This document shows positions 18,744-28,368 of a stretch of DNA of 64,000 nt, piece after piece. Made by a program: the position numbers and the translations under genes. Location: the NCBI GenBank assembly GCA_028282585.1, contig JANQHR010000127.1, forward strand, positions 1-64,000, written 5' to 3'. Source of the DNA: Bacteroidales bacterium. Lineage in GTDB: Bacteria > Bacteroidota > Bacteroidia > Bacteroidales > UBA12077. Position 1 is the first letter of the stretch. Every line of letters starts with the position of its first letter. The notes under the pieces were generated by a model. That model saw only the letters and a list, made by a program, of their open reading frames with translations. It made no database searches and was not told the origin of the DNA.

Positions 18744-19754
18744 TTAACATATTCTAGGCAACTGTTCTCCTTGTAACATATTTATTATTCTGCTTCCGCC
18801 TATTTCAGTTTTTCCTACAACTATTTTTGGATGTTCTTTTGTTATTTCTCCTATTATCTTACTTTCTGCCCCTAAAGTATGGTTTCTCATTATTTCAATT
18901 GCTTTGTCCGCATCATCTGGATGAACTACCATCAAAACTTTACCTTCATTCGCTAAATATAAAGGGTCAAATCCCAAAACTTCACATAAGCCACTTACTA
19001 GTTCGCGAATGGGTATGTTTTTTTCGTTCAATTCAACTCCAAAATTCACGGTTTCTGCCAATTCATTTAAAACCGTTGCCAGTCCGCCTCTTGTAACATC
19101 ACGCATAAATTTTACATTTATCCCTACTTTTAAAACGGATTGAATTAAATCATTCAAACATGCGCAATCGGTCTCTACATCTGCTTTAAAACCCAATTCG
19201 TTTCGTGCACCTAAAACCGCTATAGAATGGTCTCCTATAAATCCATTTATGATAATTTTATGTCCACTTTCAATTTTTTCGCCTGTACTTATAAATGAAT
19301 AATCTTTGTCCAGAATTCCTATTCCTGTAGTATTTATAAATATTTTATCACATTTCCCTTTTTGAACCACTTTTGTGTCACCAGCTACAATTTTTACATT
19401 GGCGATTTCAGCTTGCTCCTGCATAGAGCTTACTATCTGTGTCAAATTTTGGAATGAAAAACCTTCTTCGATGATAAAAGATGCCGTTATATATTTTGGC
19501 ATGGCTCCTGATACTGCTAAATCATTGACAGTACCACATACCGAGAGCTTCCCGATATCACCTCCAGGGAAAAAGATAGGATCAACTACAAACGAATCAG
19601 TGGTAAAAGCTATTTGGTTATTTGGTAATTGCAAGATAGCCGAATCGGATAAAGCAACATTCATACCTCCAAAAGATTTAATAAAAACATCTTGTATTAA
19701 ATCTTGTGAAGCTTTGCCTCCACTGCCATGATTTAGTGTAATTAATTCATGCAT
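18744..19754 (-). CDS. hypE: Hydrogenase maturation carbamoyl dehydratase HypE
   Basis: HGSGG, TTDSFVV, GDTKVV, C-terminal LPRIC; ATG at 19754 overlaps the hypD stop. Confidence 0.95.
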   Translation of the reverse strand: MHELITLNHGSGGKASQDLIQDVFIKSFGGMNVALSDSAILQLPNNQIAFTTDSFVVDPIFFPGGDIGKLSVCGTVNDLAVSGAMPKYITASFIIEEGFSFQNLTQIVSSMQEQAEIANVKIVAGDTKVVQKGKCDKIFINTTGIGILDKDYSFISTGEKIESGHKIIINGFIGDHSIAVLGARNELGFKADVETDCACLNDLIQSVLKVGINVKFMRDVTRGGLATVLNELAETVNFGVELNEKNIPIRELVSGLCEVLGFDPLYLANEGKVLMVVHPDDADKAIEIMRNHTLGAESKIIGEITKEHPKIVVGKTEIGGSRIINMLQGEQLPRIC

Positions 19755-20832
19755 AGTTTCTATATTTATAAAATGCATTACAGACCCCTTCGCTTGACAC
19801 CATACAAGCCCCAACCGGGTTATCAGGAGAACAAACCATTCCAAAAAGCTTACAGTCCTTTGGAGTTTTCTGCCCTCTTAATATTTGCCCGCAAATACAT
19901 GAGGTATGTTCCTTTACATTATCTACTTTTATATTAAACACTTTCTCTGCATCAAACGCTGCGTATTTGGACCTAATTTTCAATCCACTATCAGGAATTT
20001 TTCCAATGCCACGCCAATTATCGGGTCTAGTTTCAAATACCTCATTCATTAAATCTTGAGCCTTTTTGTTCCCTTCTATACTAACTGCGCGTGAATATTG
20101 AATTTCTACATTAGGTTTACTTTCATTAACCTGTTTTACTAACATATATATAGATTGCATCAAATCAATTGGCTCGAAGCCAGTTATTACGCATGCTATT
20201 TTATATTTCTCAGGTATAAAGTTGTAGATTCTCGAACCAGTAATAGTACTAACGTGGCCCGGACAAATAAAACCATCAATCCTTACTTTTTCATTAAGTA
20301 AAGCTTCCATTACGGGAGGCATAATTTTATGTGTACTAAGAACAAAGAAGTTTTTAATGCTTTTTCCAAATGCTTTTTGAATTGCTACTGCTGTTGCAGG
20401 TGCCGTGGTCTCAAAACCAATTCCTAAGAAAATTACTTTCTTATCAGGATTCTGTTCTGCTATTTCCAGCACTTCCATTGTTGAATAAACAACTCGTATA
20501 TCTGCACCTTTTGATTTTTCTTTTTCTAAACTTGTTTTTGAACCTGGAACTCGAATCAAGTCTCCATAAGTTATAATGACTACATCCTTTTGTTGAGCTA
20601 AATCAATAGCCGCATCAACATAACCAATACCGGAAACACAAACCGGACAACCTGGCCCTGAAATCAGCTTAATGTTTCTTGGTAATAAAGAAGGAACGCC
20701 AAACCTATGAATTGCCATTGTATGACCACCACAAACTTCCATCAAAACAATTTCTTTCTTGCTAACTTTCTTTATTTTTTCAGAAAGATCTTTTATAATC
20801 TTAGCATCTCTATATTCTTTGATAAATTTCAT
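19747..20832 (-). CDS. hypD: Hydrogenase maturation protein HypD
   Basis: MEVCGGHT, GPGCPVC, GFETT, PGHVS, CMVSSEG. Confidence 0.96.
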   Translation of the reverse strand: MKFIKEYRDAKIIKDLSEKIKKVSKKEIVLMEVCGGHTMAIHRFGVPSLLPRNIKLISGPGCPVCVSGIGYVDAAIDLAQQKDVVIITYGDLIRVPGSKTSLEKEKSKGADIRVVYSTMEVLEIAEQNPDKKVIFLGIGFETTAPATAVAIQKAFGKSIKNFFVLSTHKIMPPVMEALLNEKVRIDGFICPGHVSTITGSRIYNFIPEKYKIACVITGFEPIDLMQSIYMLVKQVNESKPNVEIQYSRAVSIEGNKKAQDLMNEVFETRPDNWRGIGKIPDSGLKIRSKYAAFDAEKVFNIKVDNVKEHTSCICGQILRGQKTPKDCKLFGMVCSPDNPVGACMVSSEGVCNAFYKYRNYA

Positions 20833-20892
20833 CTTCTATTTCGTTTATGATAATTAGTCTCGAAACTTGAACTCAAAAAAATTGTTGTAAAA

Positions 20893-21108
20893 CTAATCCT
20901 CATTCATTTCTCGAAATAACTTTAAAGTTTCTAATGCTTCTTTCTCATTGATTTTTTGCAAAGCAAAACCTGCATGAACTAATACATAATCACCCTCTTT
21001 CACATTATCGACCATTTGCATACCTACTCTTACAATTGTTCCCCCGACCGATACTTCCGCAATATCATCGGTAATTTCAATAACTTTTCCAGGAATACTT
21101 AAACACAT
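20893..21108 (-). CDS. hypC: Hydrogenase chaperone HypC
   Basis: MCLSIPG...LVHAGFA. Confidence 0.96.
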   Translation of the reverse strand: MCLSIPGKVIEITDDIAEVSVGGTIVRVGMQMVDNVKEGDYVLVHAGFALQKINEKEALETLKLFREMNED

Positions 21109-21109
21109 A

Positions 21110-23338
21110 TTATAAATAATTTGATGCTACTATTAATTGTCCTAAAGCAATCCCTCCATCGTTTGGAGGCACTAAGCGGTTAGTGTAGATTTCAAATTTG
21201 TCTTCTTCTAATTTGCACATTGTATTTTCCAGTAAATATCGGTTTTGAAAAACACCACCAGATAATACAACTTTATTAATACCGGTTTCTTTTTTCATTT
21301 TATTAACTAACTCATGTATTACATTAATTATGGTATTGTGAAATCTTGCAGATATGCTCGAAATAGAAACAAGGTTTATATCTTCCAGAATGCCACTCAA
21401 AGTTTGTCCAAAACTTACAACTTTATTATTATATGAAAATGGATAAGACCCCTTTTCAGATTCATCAATTAACGACTCTAAACGCATTGGTCCTTCAGCA
21501 TCGAACGAATTTATCGAGCATAAGTCTAGTAAGCAAGCAACCGCATCAAACAACCTTCCCGCACTTGAGGTTAGAGGAGTATTTATATTATTTTGAATCA
21601 TTTCATTAACAGTCTCAATTTTACGATCGTCAATGTTTTTAAAACAATCGAGTTTTTTAAAAATATTTAATGAGTAATTGTGTAAATACGATAATACCAT
21701 TCGCCATGGTTCTTCTGCTGCAATATCACCTCCCGGCATTTTTACATAATCAAAATGAGCAAAGCGTTCAAATGATTTTGTATCACAAACCAAAAACTCC
21801 CCACCCCAGATATTTCCATCACTTCCATAACCCGTTCCATCAAAACTAATACCAAGTACTTTATCTTTAATTTGATTTTCGGCCATACACGAAACAATAT
21901 GAGCATGGTGGTGCTGCACATTTAGAATGGGTATTTGATTTCCATTCAAATTAGCTTTGACCAAATCTTTAGAAAATTGAGTAGATAAATAATCAGGATG
22001 TAAATCGCAAACAATAATTTTTGGTTGGAATTTAAATAAATTAAAAAATCGATTAATTACTTTTTTATAAAAATCAAAAGTTTCAAGGTTCTTTAAATCA
22101 CCTATATATTGACTTAAAATTGCACTTTGATTTTTACCTATACAAAAACTATTTTTTAGCTCTGCACCTGCAGCAAAAACTCCTTCAACTTTTTCTCCTA
22201 AAGCAATTGAATTAGGGACATAGCCCCTAGCCCTTCTTATAATTTGAGTTTTACTTTTTACAACCTTAACAACTGAATCATCGATCGGATTTTCAACTTC
22301 ACGATCATGGCTTACAATGAAACTTACCTTATTTTCGAAAGTACTCGAAGCTTTTTCATCTTTCCAGATTATTGGTTCACCAGAAATATTTGCACTCGTA
22401 TAAATCACTGCAGACGTATACAATCTCTCAAAGATCATATAATGAAATGGCAAATAAGGCAATATAGCACCAATACTACCCAATCCTGAATTAACAGATT
22501 TTGCAAGTTGTTTTTTTTCACGTAACAAAACTATTGGTTTTCTCCATGAAGACAGAAGCTCCTTTTCCCTTCTATTTACATAACAGTACTTTTGAATAAC
22601 ATTTAAGTCTGCAAACATTACTGCAAGAGGCTTTGCTTCTCTTCCCTTTATGTCTCTTATTTTTAATGAAGCTTCTTCATTATTAGCATCACAAATTAGA
22701 TTATAACCTCCCAAACCTTTTATTAATACAACTCCTCCTTTATCAATAGCGTTTACAACTTCATCCAGAATTAAACTAAAATCTGAACCACCCACCTTGT
22801 AATATTTTGGTCCGCAATTATTACAAGCTACAGGTTGCGCATGAAAACGCCGATCATTCACGTCATGATATTCACCTTTACAAACAGGGCACATTTTAAA
22901 TTTATTCATAGTCGTTTTTACCCTGTCGTATGGAAGGCTCTTAATAATTGAAAACCGCGGTCCACAGTTAGTACAATTAACAAACGGATAGTTAATTCTA
23001 TGATTTTGTTTTTTTAAATCACTTAAACATTTATCGCATACAGCAATATCAGGGCTTATCTCGGTAATTTGATCATTTATTGATTTACTTGGTAATATAT
23101 AAAAGTCATCCGAAATAAAATCATCAATATAAGTTCTATTAACATTCCTAATTTCAGCTGCAAGAGGAGCCAGCAATTCTATATCTTTTGTAAATAGATC
23201 TATTCTTTTTTCATCACCACTAATATTTAAAATAACACCATCTGTTCGATTTGCAACAGTCCCAACTAATTGATGCTTTTTAGCTAATCGATATATAAAA
23301 GGGCGAAAACCGACACCTTGAACAAGCCCTTCAACCAA
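21110..23338 (-). CDS. hypF: Carbamoyltransferase HypF
   Basis: VQGVGFRPF, CTNCGPR, RRFHAQ, QHHHAH, DGTGYG, NDGGIALGQ. Confidence 0.96.
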   Translation of the reverse strand: MVEGLVQGVGFRPFIYRLAKKHQLVGTVANRTDGVILNISGDEKRIDLFTKDIELLAPLAAEIRNVNRTYIDDFISDDFYILPSKSINDQITEISPDIAVCDKCLSDLKKQNHRINYPFVNCTNCGPRFSIIKSLPYDRVKTTMNKFKMCPVCKGEYHDVNDRRFHAQPVACNNCGPKYYKVGGSDFSLILDEVVNAIDKGGVVLIKGLGGYNLICDANNEEASLKIRDIKGREAKPLAVMFADLNVIQKYCYVNRREKELLSSWRKPIVLLREKKQLAKSVNSGLGSIGAILPYLPFHYMIFERLYTSAVIYTSANISGEPIIWKDEKASSTFENKVSFIVSHDREVENPIDDSVVKVVKSKTQIIRRARGYVPNSIALGEKVEGVFAAGAELKNSFCIGKNQSAILSQYIGDLKNLETFDFYKKVINRFFNLFKFQPKIIVCDLHPDYLSTQFSKDLVKANLNGNQIPILNVQHHHAHIVSCMAENQIKDKVLGISFDGTGYGSDGNIWGGEFLVCDTKSFERFAHFDYVKMPGGDIAAEEPWRMVLSYLHNYSLNIFKKLDCFKNIDDRKIETVNEMIQNNINTPLTSSAGRLFDAVACLLDLCSINSFDAEGPMRLESLIDESEKGSYPFSYNNKVVSFGQTLSGILEDINLVSISSISARFHNTIINVIHELVNKMKKETGINKVVLSGGVFQNRYLLENTMCKLEEDKFEIYTNRLVPPNDGGIALGQLIVASNYL

Positions 23339-23392
23339 TATGGATACAGACTTTTTGATAACAAGGGGTGTTTAATTTTAAATATTATATAA

Positions 23393-24025
23393 TTATATAA
23401 CTTTTTGAGTGTAATAAATTACACTTTCAAGCTCATCGCAGAGGTTTATATTGTTAACAATAACATCTTCCGGTGTTTTTAAAATTACGGGCGCAAAATT
23501 TAATATTCCTTTTATTCCTAACTCAAATAATCTATTTGCTACATCTTGAGCAGAAATTACAGGCACAGCCAAAACAGCTACTTTAACATGAAATTTTTTA
23601 ATTATATCGTTCATCATTTCTAACGGTAATACCGGAACATTCCATCTTTTCGATTGCTTTGCCGGATCAATATCAAAAGAAGCTACAATAATCATTTTTC
23701 TCAATTTAAATGTTTTATATTGTACCAGTGCCCTGCCAATATTTCCCATACCCACTAAAATCATATATTGATCATCCTGATGTTTAATTACATCATCTAT
23801 TGCCCTTAACAATTCGTCAATATTATATCCACCTTTTTTATTACCCGTAATTTTATAATTTGAAAAATCTTTTCTTACTTGTTCAGCACTTACACCCGCC
23901 TCTTCTCCAAGTGTATAGGAAAACAAACGATCAAATCCCTTTCGCTTAAAACCAATTAAACATAAACGATAAGTAAATAATCTTTTTAAATCATTTCGAA
24001 TAACATGTTTTGTGACTTGTTTCAC
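23393..24025 (-). CDS. rex: Redox-sensing transcriptional repressor Rex
   Basis: QVRKDFS winged helix, GMGNIGRAL Rossmann fold, GILNFAP. Confidence 0.93.
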   Translation of the reverse strand: MKQVTKHVIRNDLKRLFTYRLCLIGFKRKGFDRLFSYTLGEEAGVSAEQVRKDFSNYKITGNKKGGYNIDELLRAIDDVIKHQDDQYMILVGMGNIGRALVQYKTFKLRKMIIVASFDIDPAKQSKRWNVPVLPLEMMNDIIKKFHVKVAVLAVPVISAQDVANRLFELGIKGILNFAPVILKTPEDVIVNNINLCDELESVIYYTQKVI

Positions 24026-24027
24026 AT
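24010..24027. promoter_or_regulatory. Rex operator overlapping the rex start codon
   Basis: TTGTGACTTGTTTCACAT versus consensus TTGTGAA-N4-TTCACAA. Confidence 0.72.
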
Positions 24028-24195
24028 TAAAATTATTTTATATAATCTTTTTTGCAAGTTATACAAGTTTTTTGAAAAATAAAATTTTATTTGTTTTATT
24101 TTGATTTACAATTTATTAGCGAAAATGTTGATATGTTTTGTAACATTTTTTTATAAAAACACTTGACAACACAGATTTTGTCCCTATAAATTTAT

Positions 24196-24213
24196 ATGTG
24201 AACGACGTCACAG
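24196..24213. promoter_or_regulatory. Rex operator in front of the [NiFe]-hydrogenase operon
   Basis: ATGTGAACGACGTCACAG (TGTGA-N6-TCACA core), 2 nt before ATG at 24216. Confidence 0.72.
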
Positions 24214-24215
24214 AT

Positions 24216-25211
24216 ATGAAAAATTATTATTCATTATTAAATTCAGACTGGAATAGCGCATTAGAACAGCTATTTGGAGATTATTTAATTTACGCTCCCA
24301 TAAAAACCGAAGAATCTATCGATTTTGAACTCATTCAAAATGAGGATATTCAGGAAATAATTTATAATGTTCCAAAACCAACTACACCTTTAAAAACATT
24401 CTTTTTACCAATCAAAGAGAATCTAACATCTGAAACGCCAGATAGTAAAAGAATAATTATTGGAACACCTAATTGCGATATTCATGGATTACAAATCCTG
24501 GATGAAATATATTTAGATAAGGACTACGTTGATTATGCATACAAAACTCGTAGGGAAAACACAATCCTAATTTCATCTTCCTGTTTTGAAACTTTAGAAC
24601 ATTGTCATTGTATGACTTATGGAGTAAAGCCATTTTCAACAGAAGTTGCGGATATTTCTTTATCGCATCTTGATAAAAAAATTCATTTAGAGGTACTATC
24701 AGAAAAGGGAGAAAAGTTCATTAATGAATTAAAGAATATTGCAAGTGTTTCAAACTCTGCCGAGTCAGAAATTAAAGATATAGAATTAAAGCACAGTAAA
24801 ATAGAGAATGAAGTAATTGCAAATAATACCGGTTTACCGGATTATAAGAAAACAGGAAAAATAGTTAGTAAAGCCGAAGATAAAACTTGGATAAAGTATT
24901 CTACCAACTGTGTTTCATGCGGTGCATGCGCAACAATCTGCCCTACATGTACTTGTTTTCTATTAATTGACAAACCTAACTTTGAGAAAGTTCGCCAACT
25001 GGATGCGTGTCAATATCCCGGATTTGAAAGAGTAGCAGGCGGAGAAGATGCATTAGGAGAACTTCCAAAAAGGTTTAAAAACAGATACTTCTGCAAGTAT
25101 GTTTGGAAACCACAGAAATTTAAATCTTTGGTTTGTACAGGTTGTGGAAGATGCATAGAAGCATGTATTGGAAAAATAAATAAAAACGAATTATTCAGAG
25201 AATTAGCTTAA
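24216..25211 (+). CDS. AsrA / sulfhydrogenase beta-like 4Fe-4S dicluster protein
   Basis: GTPNCD, CVSCGACATICPTCTCF, CTGCGRCIEAC; ATG at 24216 (the track GTG start lies inside the Rex box). Confidence 0.85.
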   Translation: MKNYYSLLNSDWNSALEQLFGDYLIYAPIKTEESIDFELIQNEDIQEIIYNVPKPTTPLKTFFLPIKENLTSETPDSKRIIIGTPNCDIHGLQILDEIYLDKDYVDYAYKTRRENTILISSSCFETLEHCHCMTYGVKPFSTEVADISLSHLDKKIHLEVLSEKGEKFINELKNIASVSNSAESEIKDIELKHSKIENEVIANNTGLPDYKKTGKIVSKAEDKTWIKYSTNCVSCGACATICPTCTCFLLIDKPNFEKVRQLDACQYPGFERVAGGEDALGELPKRFKNRYFCKYVWKPQKFKSLVCTGCGRCIEACIGKINKNELFRELA

Positions 25212-25212
25212 A

Positions 25213-26037
25213 ATGGCTGAAACAAAAAACATATACAAACCTATAAGAGCCAAATTGTTGGATGTAATTGCCGAATCGCCAACAATTAAGACGTTCATAA
25301 TGGAACCCGAAGAAGATTTTACTTTTAAAACCGGTGAATTTATAGAGCTTACAGTTGATGGTATAGGAGAAGCACCCTTTACACCATCTTCTTCTCCTCT
25401 TGAAACCAAGAAAATTGAAGTAACAGTGATGAAAACCGGTTATGTAACAGAATACTTACACCAAATGAAACCAGGTGAAACTCTTGGAATAAGAGGACCC
25501 TTTGGGCGTGGTTATCCGGTAGAAAGGTTTTACGATAAAGAAGTACTTATTCTTGGTGGAGGTTGTGGCTTTGCCCCTATTAGATCCTTACTATATAATT
25601 TAGCAGCCATATCCGATAAATTAAGGAAAGTTACTTTATGCTATGGTTCAAAAACTCCTGATGAGTGTATTTATAAACCATATGTTGATGAACTAAGAAA
25701 TACACCAAAATTTGAAGTTTTAAGAACGGTTGACGAACCAAATGAATCTTGGTCCGAGTCTGTTGGTGTTGCAACAGTATTACTCGATCAGGTAAAAGTT
25801 GATATTAAAAACTCCGTTGCGGTTTGTTGTGGCCCTCCAATTATGATGAAATTCGGAACAATGAAATTCCTGGAAATGGGTTACCCCGAAAATGATATTT
25901 ACTTGTCAATGGAGAAAAACATGTCATGTGGTCTTGGAAAGTGTGGGCACTGCATGATGGGTAAATATTTTGTTTGTAAGGAAGGTCCTGTGTTTACTTA
26001 TGATGAAATTAAAGATCAACCAGATATCTGGAGTTAA
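25213..26037 (+). CDS. AsrB / sulfhydrogenase gamma-like FAD/NAD(P)-binding 2Fe-2S subunit
   Basis: GEAPF, RGPFGRG, GGGCGFAP, CGPPIMM, MSCGLGKCGHC...CKEGP. Confidence 0.88.
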   Translation: MAETKNIYKPIRAKLLDVIAESPTIKTFIMEPEEDFTFKTGEFIELTVDGIGEAPFTPSSSPLETKKIEVTVMKTGYVTEYLHQMKPGETLGIRGPFGRGYPVERFYDKEVLILGGGCGFAPIRSLLYNLAAISDKLRKVTLCYGSKTPDECIYKPYVDELRNTPKFEVLRTVDEPNESWSESVGVATVLLDQVKVDIKNSVAVCCGPPIMMKFGTMKFLEMGYPENDIYLSMEKNMSCGLGKCGHCMMGKYFVCKEGPVFTYDEIKDQPDIWS

Positions 26038-26040
26038 GGT

Positions 26041-26538
26041 ATGAACAAAAAACTATTAATAGACTTAAGCAAATTCCGTGAATGTGGTAATCAAAGTTGC
26101 GATCAAACACCACCTGAAGGTTTTTTTAGCCATTTAACAAGCACTACCGGCTTAAAATCAATAAGGGAATTAGCTGTATTTCAGTTTACTTGCCGTAAAT
26201 GTGAAGATGCACCTTGTATAACCGTGTGTCCGGCAGAAGCACTTGAAAAAGACGATAATGGTATGATAGAAAGATATACCAATTTATGTATTTCATGTAA
26301 ATCATGTGTAGCCATTTGTCCATTTGGAACTATGATGAGCGATTTCTTTGATCATCATCGAAAAAAAGATCTCTTTTTTGATTTATCTGATGAACATGAA
26401 CTTAGAGAATTTATTAAGGCATGTCCTTTAGGTTCAGTTGAACTGGTTGACATAGATGAAAATCCAGAAGAAAACATTTACAAGTTAAATGATCAAATTT
26501 TAGTTAAAGAAAATATTTGGAATACTGACAAACAGTAA
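26041..26538 (+). CDS. 4Fe-4S ferredoxin-like electron-transfer subunit (HycB/CooF-like)
   Basis: CRKCEDAPCITVCP and CISCKSCVAICP. Confidence 0.82.
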   Translation: MNKKLLIDLSKFRECGNQSCDQTPPEGFFSHLTSTTGLKSIRELAVFQFTCRKCEDAPCITVCPAEALEKDDNGMIERYTNLCISCKSCVAICPFGTMMSDFFDHHRKKDLFFDLSDEHELREFIKACPLGSVELVDIDENPEENIYKLNDQILVKENIWNTDKQ

Positions 26539-26545
26539 CTTTATT

Positions 26546-27478
26546 ATGGCAGAACAATTATTTTATTTTTTAATATATCCGGGACTACTCTTCGCAGCAG
26601 TTATAGGTGCTTTATTATCATGGTATGATAGAAAAGTAACCGCCTGGGTTCAATTTAGAAAAGGACCTCCGTTGCTTCAGCCTTTTTATGATTTCTTTAA
26701 ATTATTATTAGTAAAAGAAACCATATTACCAAAATATGGTTCGAAAGGCGTATTTCTTTCTGCTCCAATATTTGCAGTTTTTGGAGCTACCATTGCTGGA
26801 GTATTTATTTTGCTGCCTTTGCTAGGAGTTGAAACCGGATTTAAAGGTGATATCATTGTCATATTTTACTTATTAACTATTCCATCTTTAACTTATATAA
26901 TTGGAGCGCTTGCTTCAGGAAATCCTTTAGCGGCAATAGGTGGATCAAGAGAAATGAAATTGATTTTAAGTTATGAACTTACATTCCTGTTAGTACTCGC
27001 CGGAATTATTCAAAAAGCCGGAATGACAATCAGCTTTAGTGAAATTATTTCCATTCAAACATTAAATGGAGCATTTGCAGGAAGTATCTCCGGAATAATT
27101 TTATTTATTGTATTTGTTTTTTGTATTCAAGCCAAATTAGCCCTGGTTCCTTTCGATGCTCCGGAAGCCGAGACTGAAATTGCCGATGGAATTATGATTG
27201 AATATTCAGGAACTCCCTATGCCATGATTAAATTGGCTAAATATATCATGTTCTTTATCCTTCCGGCATTTTTAATCGGATTGCTTTGGAAAGGATTAAA
27301 CTTTGAAGGAATCAACATTCTCTGGTCAATATTAAAAATATTATTTGTAGTGCTATTGCTTACTCTGATTAGAAATACTAATCCGAGAGTAAAGATCAAA
27401 CAAGCGATACGGTATTTCGTGGTTTGGATGAACTTGTTAGCTATTATAGCAATTGTTCTATCATATTTTGGATTATAA
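26546..27478 (+). CDS. Group 4 hydrogenase membrane subunit (NuoH/HycD/MbhM-like)
   Basis: RKGPP..QPFYD, PFD.PEAETEI..G...EYSG. Confidence 0.9.
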   Translation: MAEQLFYFLIYPGLLFAAVIGALLSWYDRKVTAWVQFRKGPPLLQPFYDFFKLLLVKETILPKYGSKGVFLSAPIFAVFGATIAGVFILLPLLGVETGFKGDIIVIFYLLTIPSLTYIIGALASGNPLAAIGGSREMKLILSYELTFLLVLAGIIQKAGMTISFSEIISIQTLNGAFAGSISGIILFIVFVFCIQAKLALVPFDAPEAETEIADGIMIEYSGTPYAMIKLAKYIMFFILPAFLIGLLWKGLNFEGINILWSILKILFVVLLLTLIRNTNPRVKIKQAIRYFVVWMNLLAIIAIVLSYFGL

Positions 27479-27490
27479 AAAACTAAAAAC

Positions 27491-27901
27491 GTGGGATTTA
27501 AAGAACTCTGTTTTAAAAAGTCTTTGTGGTTGTTCCATTTCGGAGGAGCATCATGTAATAATTGCGACATTGAAATTCTTGATTGTTTGACGCCACGATT
27601 TGATGTTGAACGATTTGGGATGTTACTCGTTGGCAGTGTTCGCCATGCCGATGTTTTACTTGTTAATGGTTCAATTAATAAAAGAGATAAAAGCAGATTA
27701 TTAGAAATATATGAACAAGCGCCCAAACCAATTTTAGTAGTTGCGATTGGGGCATGTGGTTGTACAGGAGGAATATTTGCAGAAGGAAATACGTTTGCGG
27801 GCCCGGTTGATAAAATAATTCCGGTCGATGCCTATATTCCCGGATGCCCTCCTAAACCCGAAGCTATTTTAGCCGGAGTTGTAAAACTTTTAAATAAGTA
27901 A
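27491..27901 (+). CDS. Group 4 [NiFe]-hydrogenase small subunit (NuoB/MbhJ-like)
   Basis: SCNNCDIE, RHAD, GACGCTGG, IPGCPP. Confidence 0.92.
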   Translation: MGFKELCFKKSLWLFHFGGASCNNCDIEILDCLTPRFDVERFGMLLVGSVRHADVLLVNGSINKRDKSRLLEIYEQAPKPILVVAIGACGCTGGIFAEGNTFAGPVDKIIPVDAYIPGCPPKPEAILAGVVKLLNK

Positions 27902-27913
27902 AGAGATTCTATT

Positions 27914-28351
27914 ATGAATACTGATGAGATCTTAAAAAATATTAAAGATAAGTTTAGTTCTGATGTACTTGAAGTTTTCAAGAAATCGGAAACAAGAGCG
28001 ACCATTACAATAAATCCTGAATCTCTTTTACAGATTGCTGAATATACGTATAAGGATTTAGAGTGCAGATTTATTATTGCCACTGCTGATCATACTAAAA
28101 AAGGATTTGAAATTCTTTATCATTTTAGTAAAGACCAAATCGGGCTGATCGCTAATCTGCATGTTATACTTCCGGTTGACAAACCAGAAATTGAATCTCT
28201 TTCGAATATGTTTTCGGCAACCAACTGGATTGAGCGTGAAATGCATGAATTATATGGCATTGTATTTAAAAATCATCCTGAACCCGAAAAATTAATTTCA
28301 GAAGGAAACTGGGCAGAAGGTGTTTATCCTTATCGAAGAGAATTTAAATAG
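27914..28351 (+). CDS. NuoC/MbhK-like subunit
   Basis: WIEREMHELYGIVFKNHP motif. Confidence 0.88.
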   Translation: MNTDEILKNIKDKFSSDVLEVFKKSETRATITINPESLLQIAEYTYKDLECRFIIATADHTKKGFEILYHFSKDQIGLIANLHVILPVDKPEIESLSNMFSATNWIEREMHELYGIVFKNHPEPEKLISEGNWAEGVYPYRREFK

Positions 28352-28368
28352 AACGGAGAACCAAAACT

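Noticed and set aside
24123-24150. AAAATGTT-N12-AACATTTT inverted repeat in the rex intergenic region
   Set aside because: Very AT-rich and seen only once; cannot be told from chance.
24216-26037. Anaerobic sulfite reductase AsrABC
   Set aside because: No siroheme AsrC subunit follows; the genes run directly into hydrogenase subunits.
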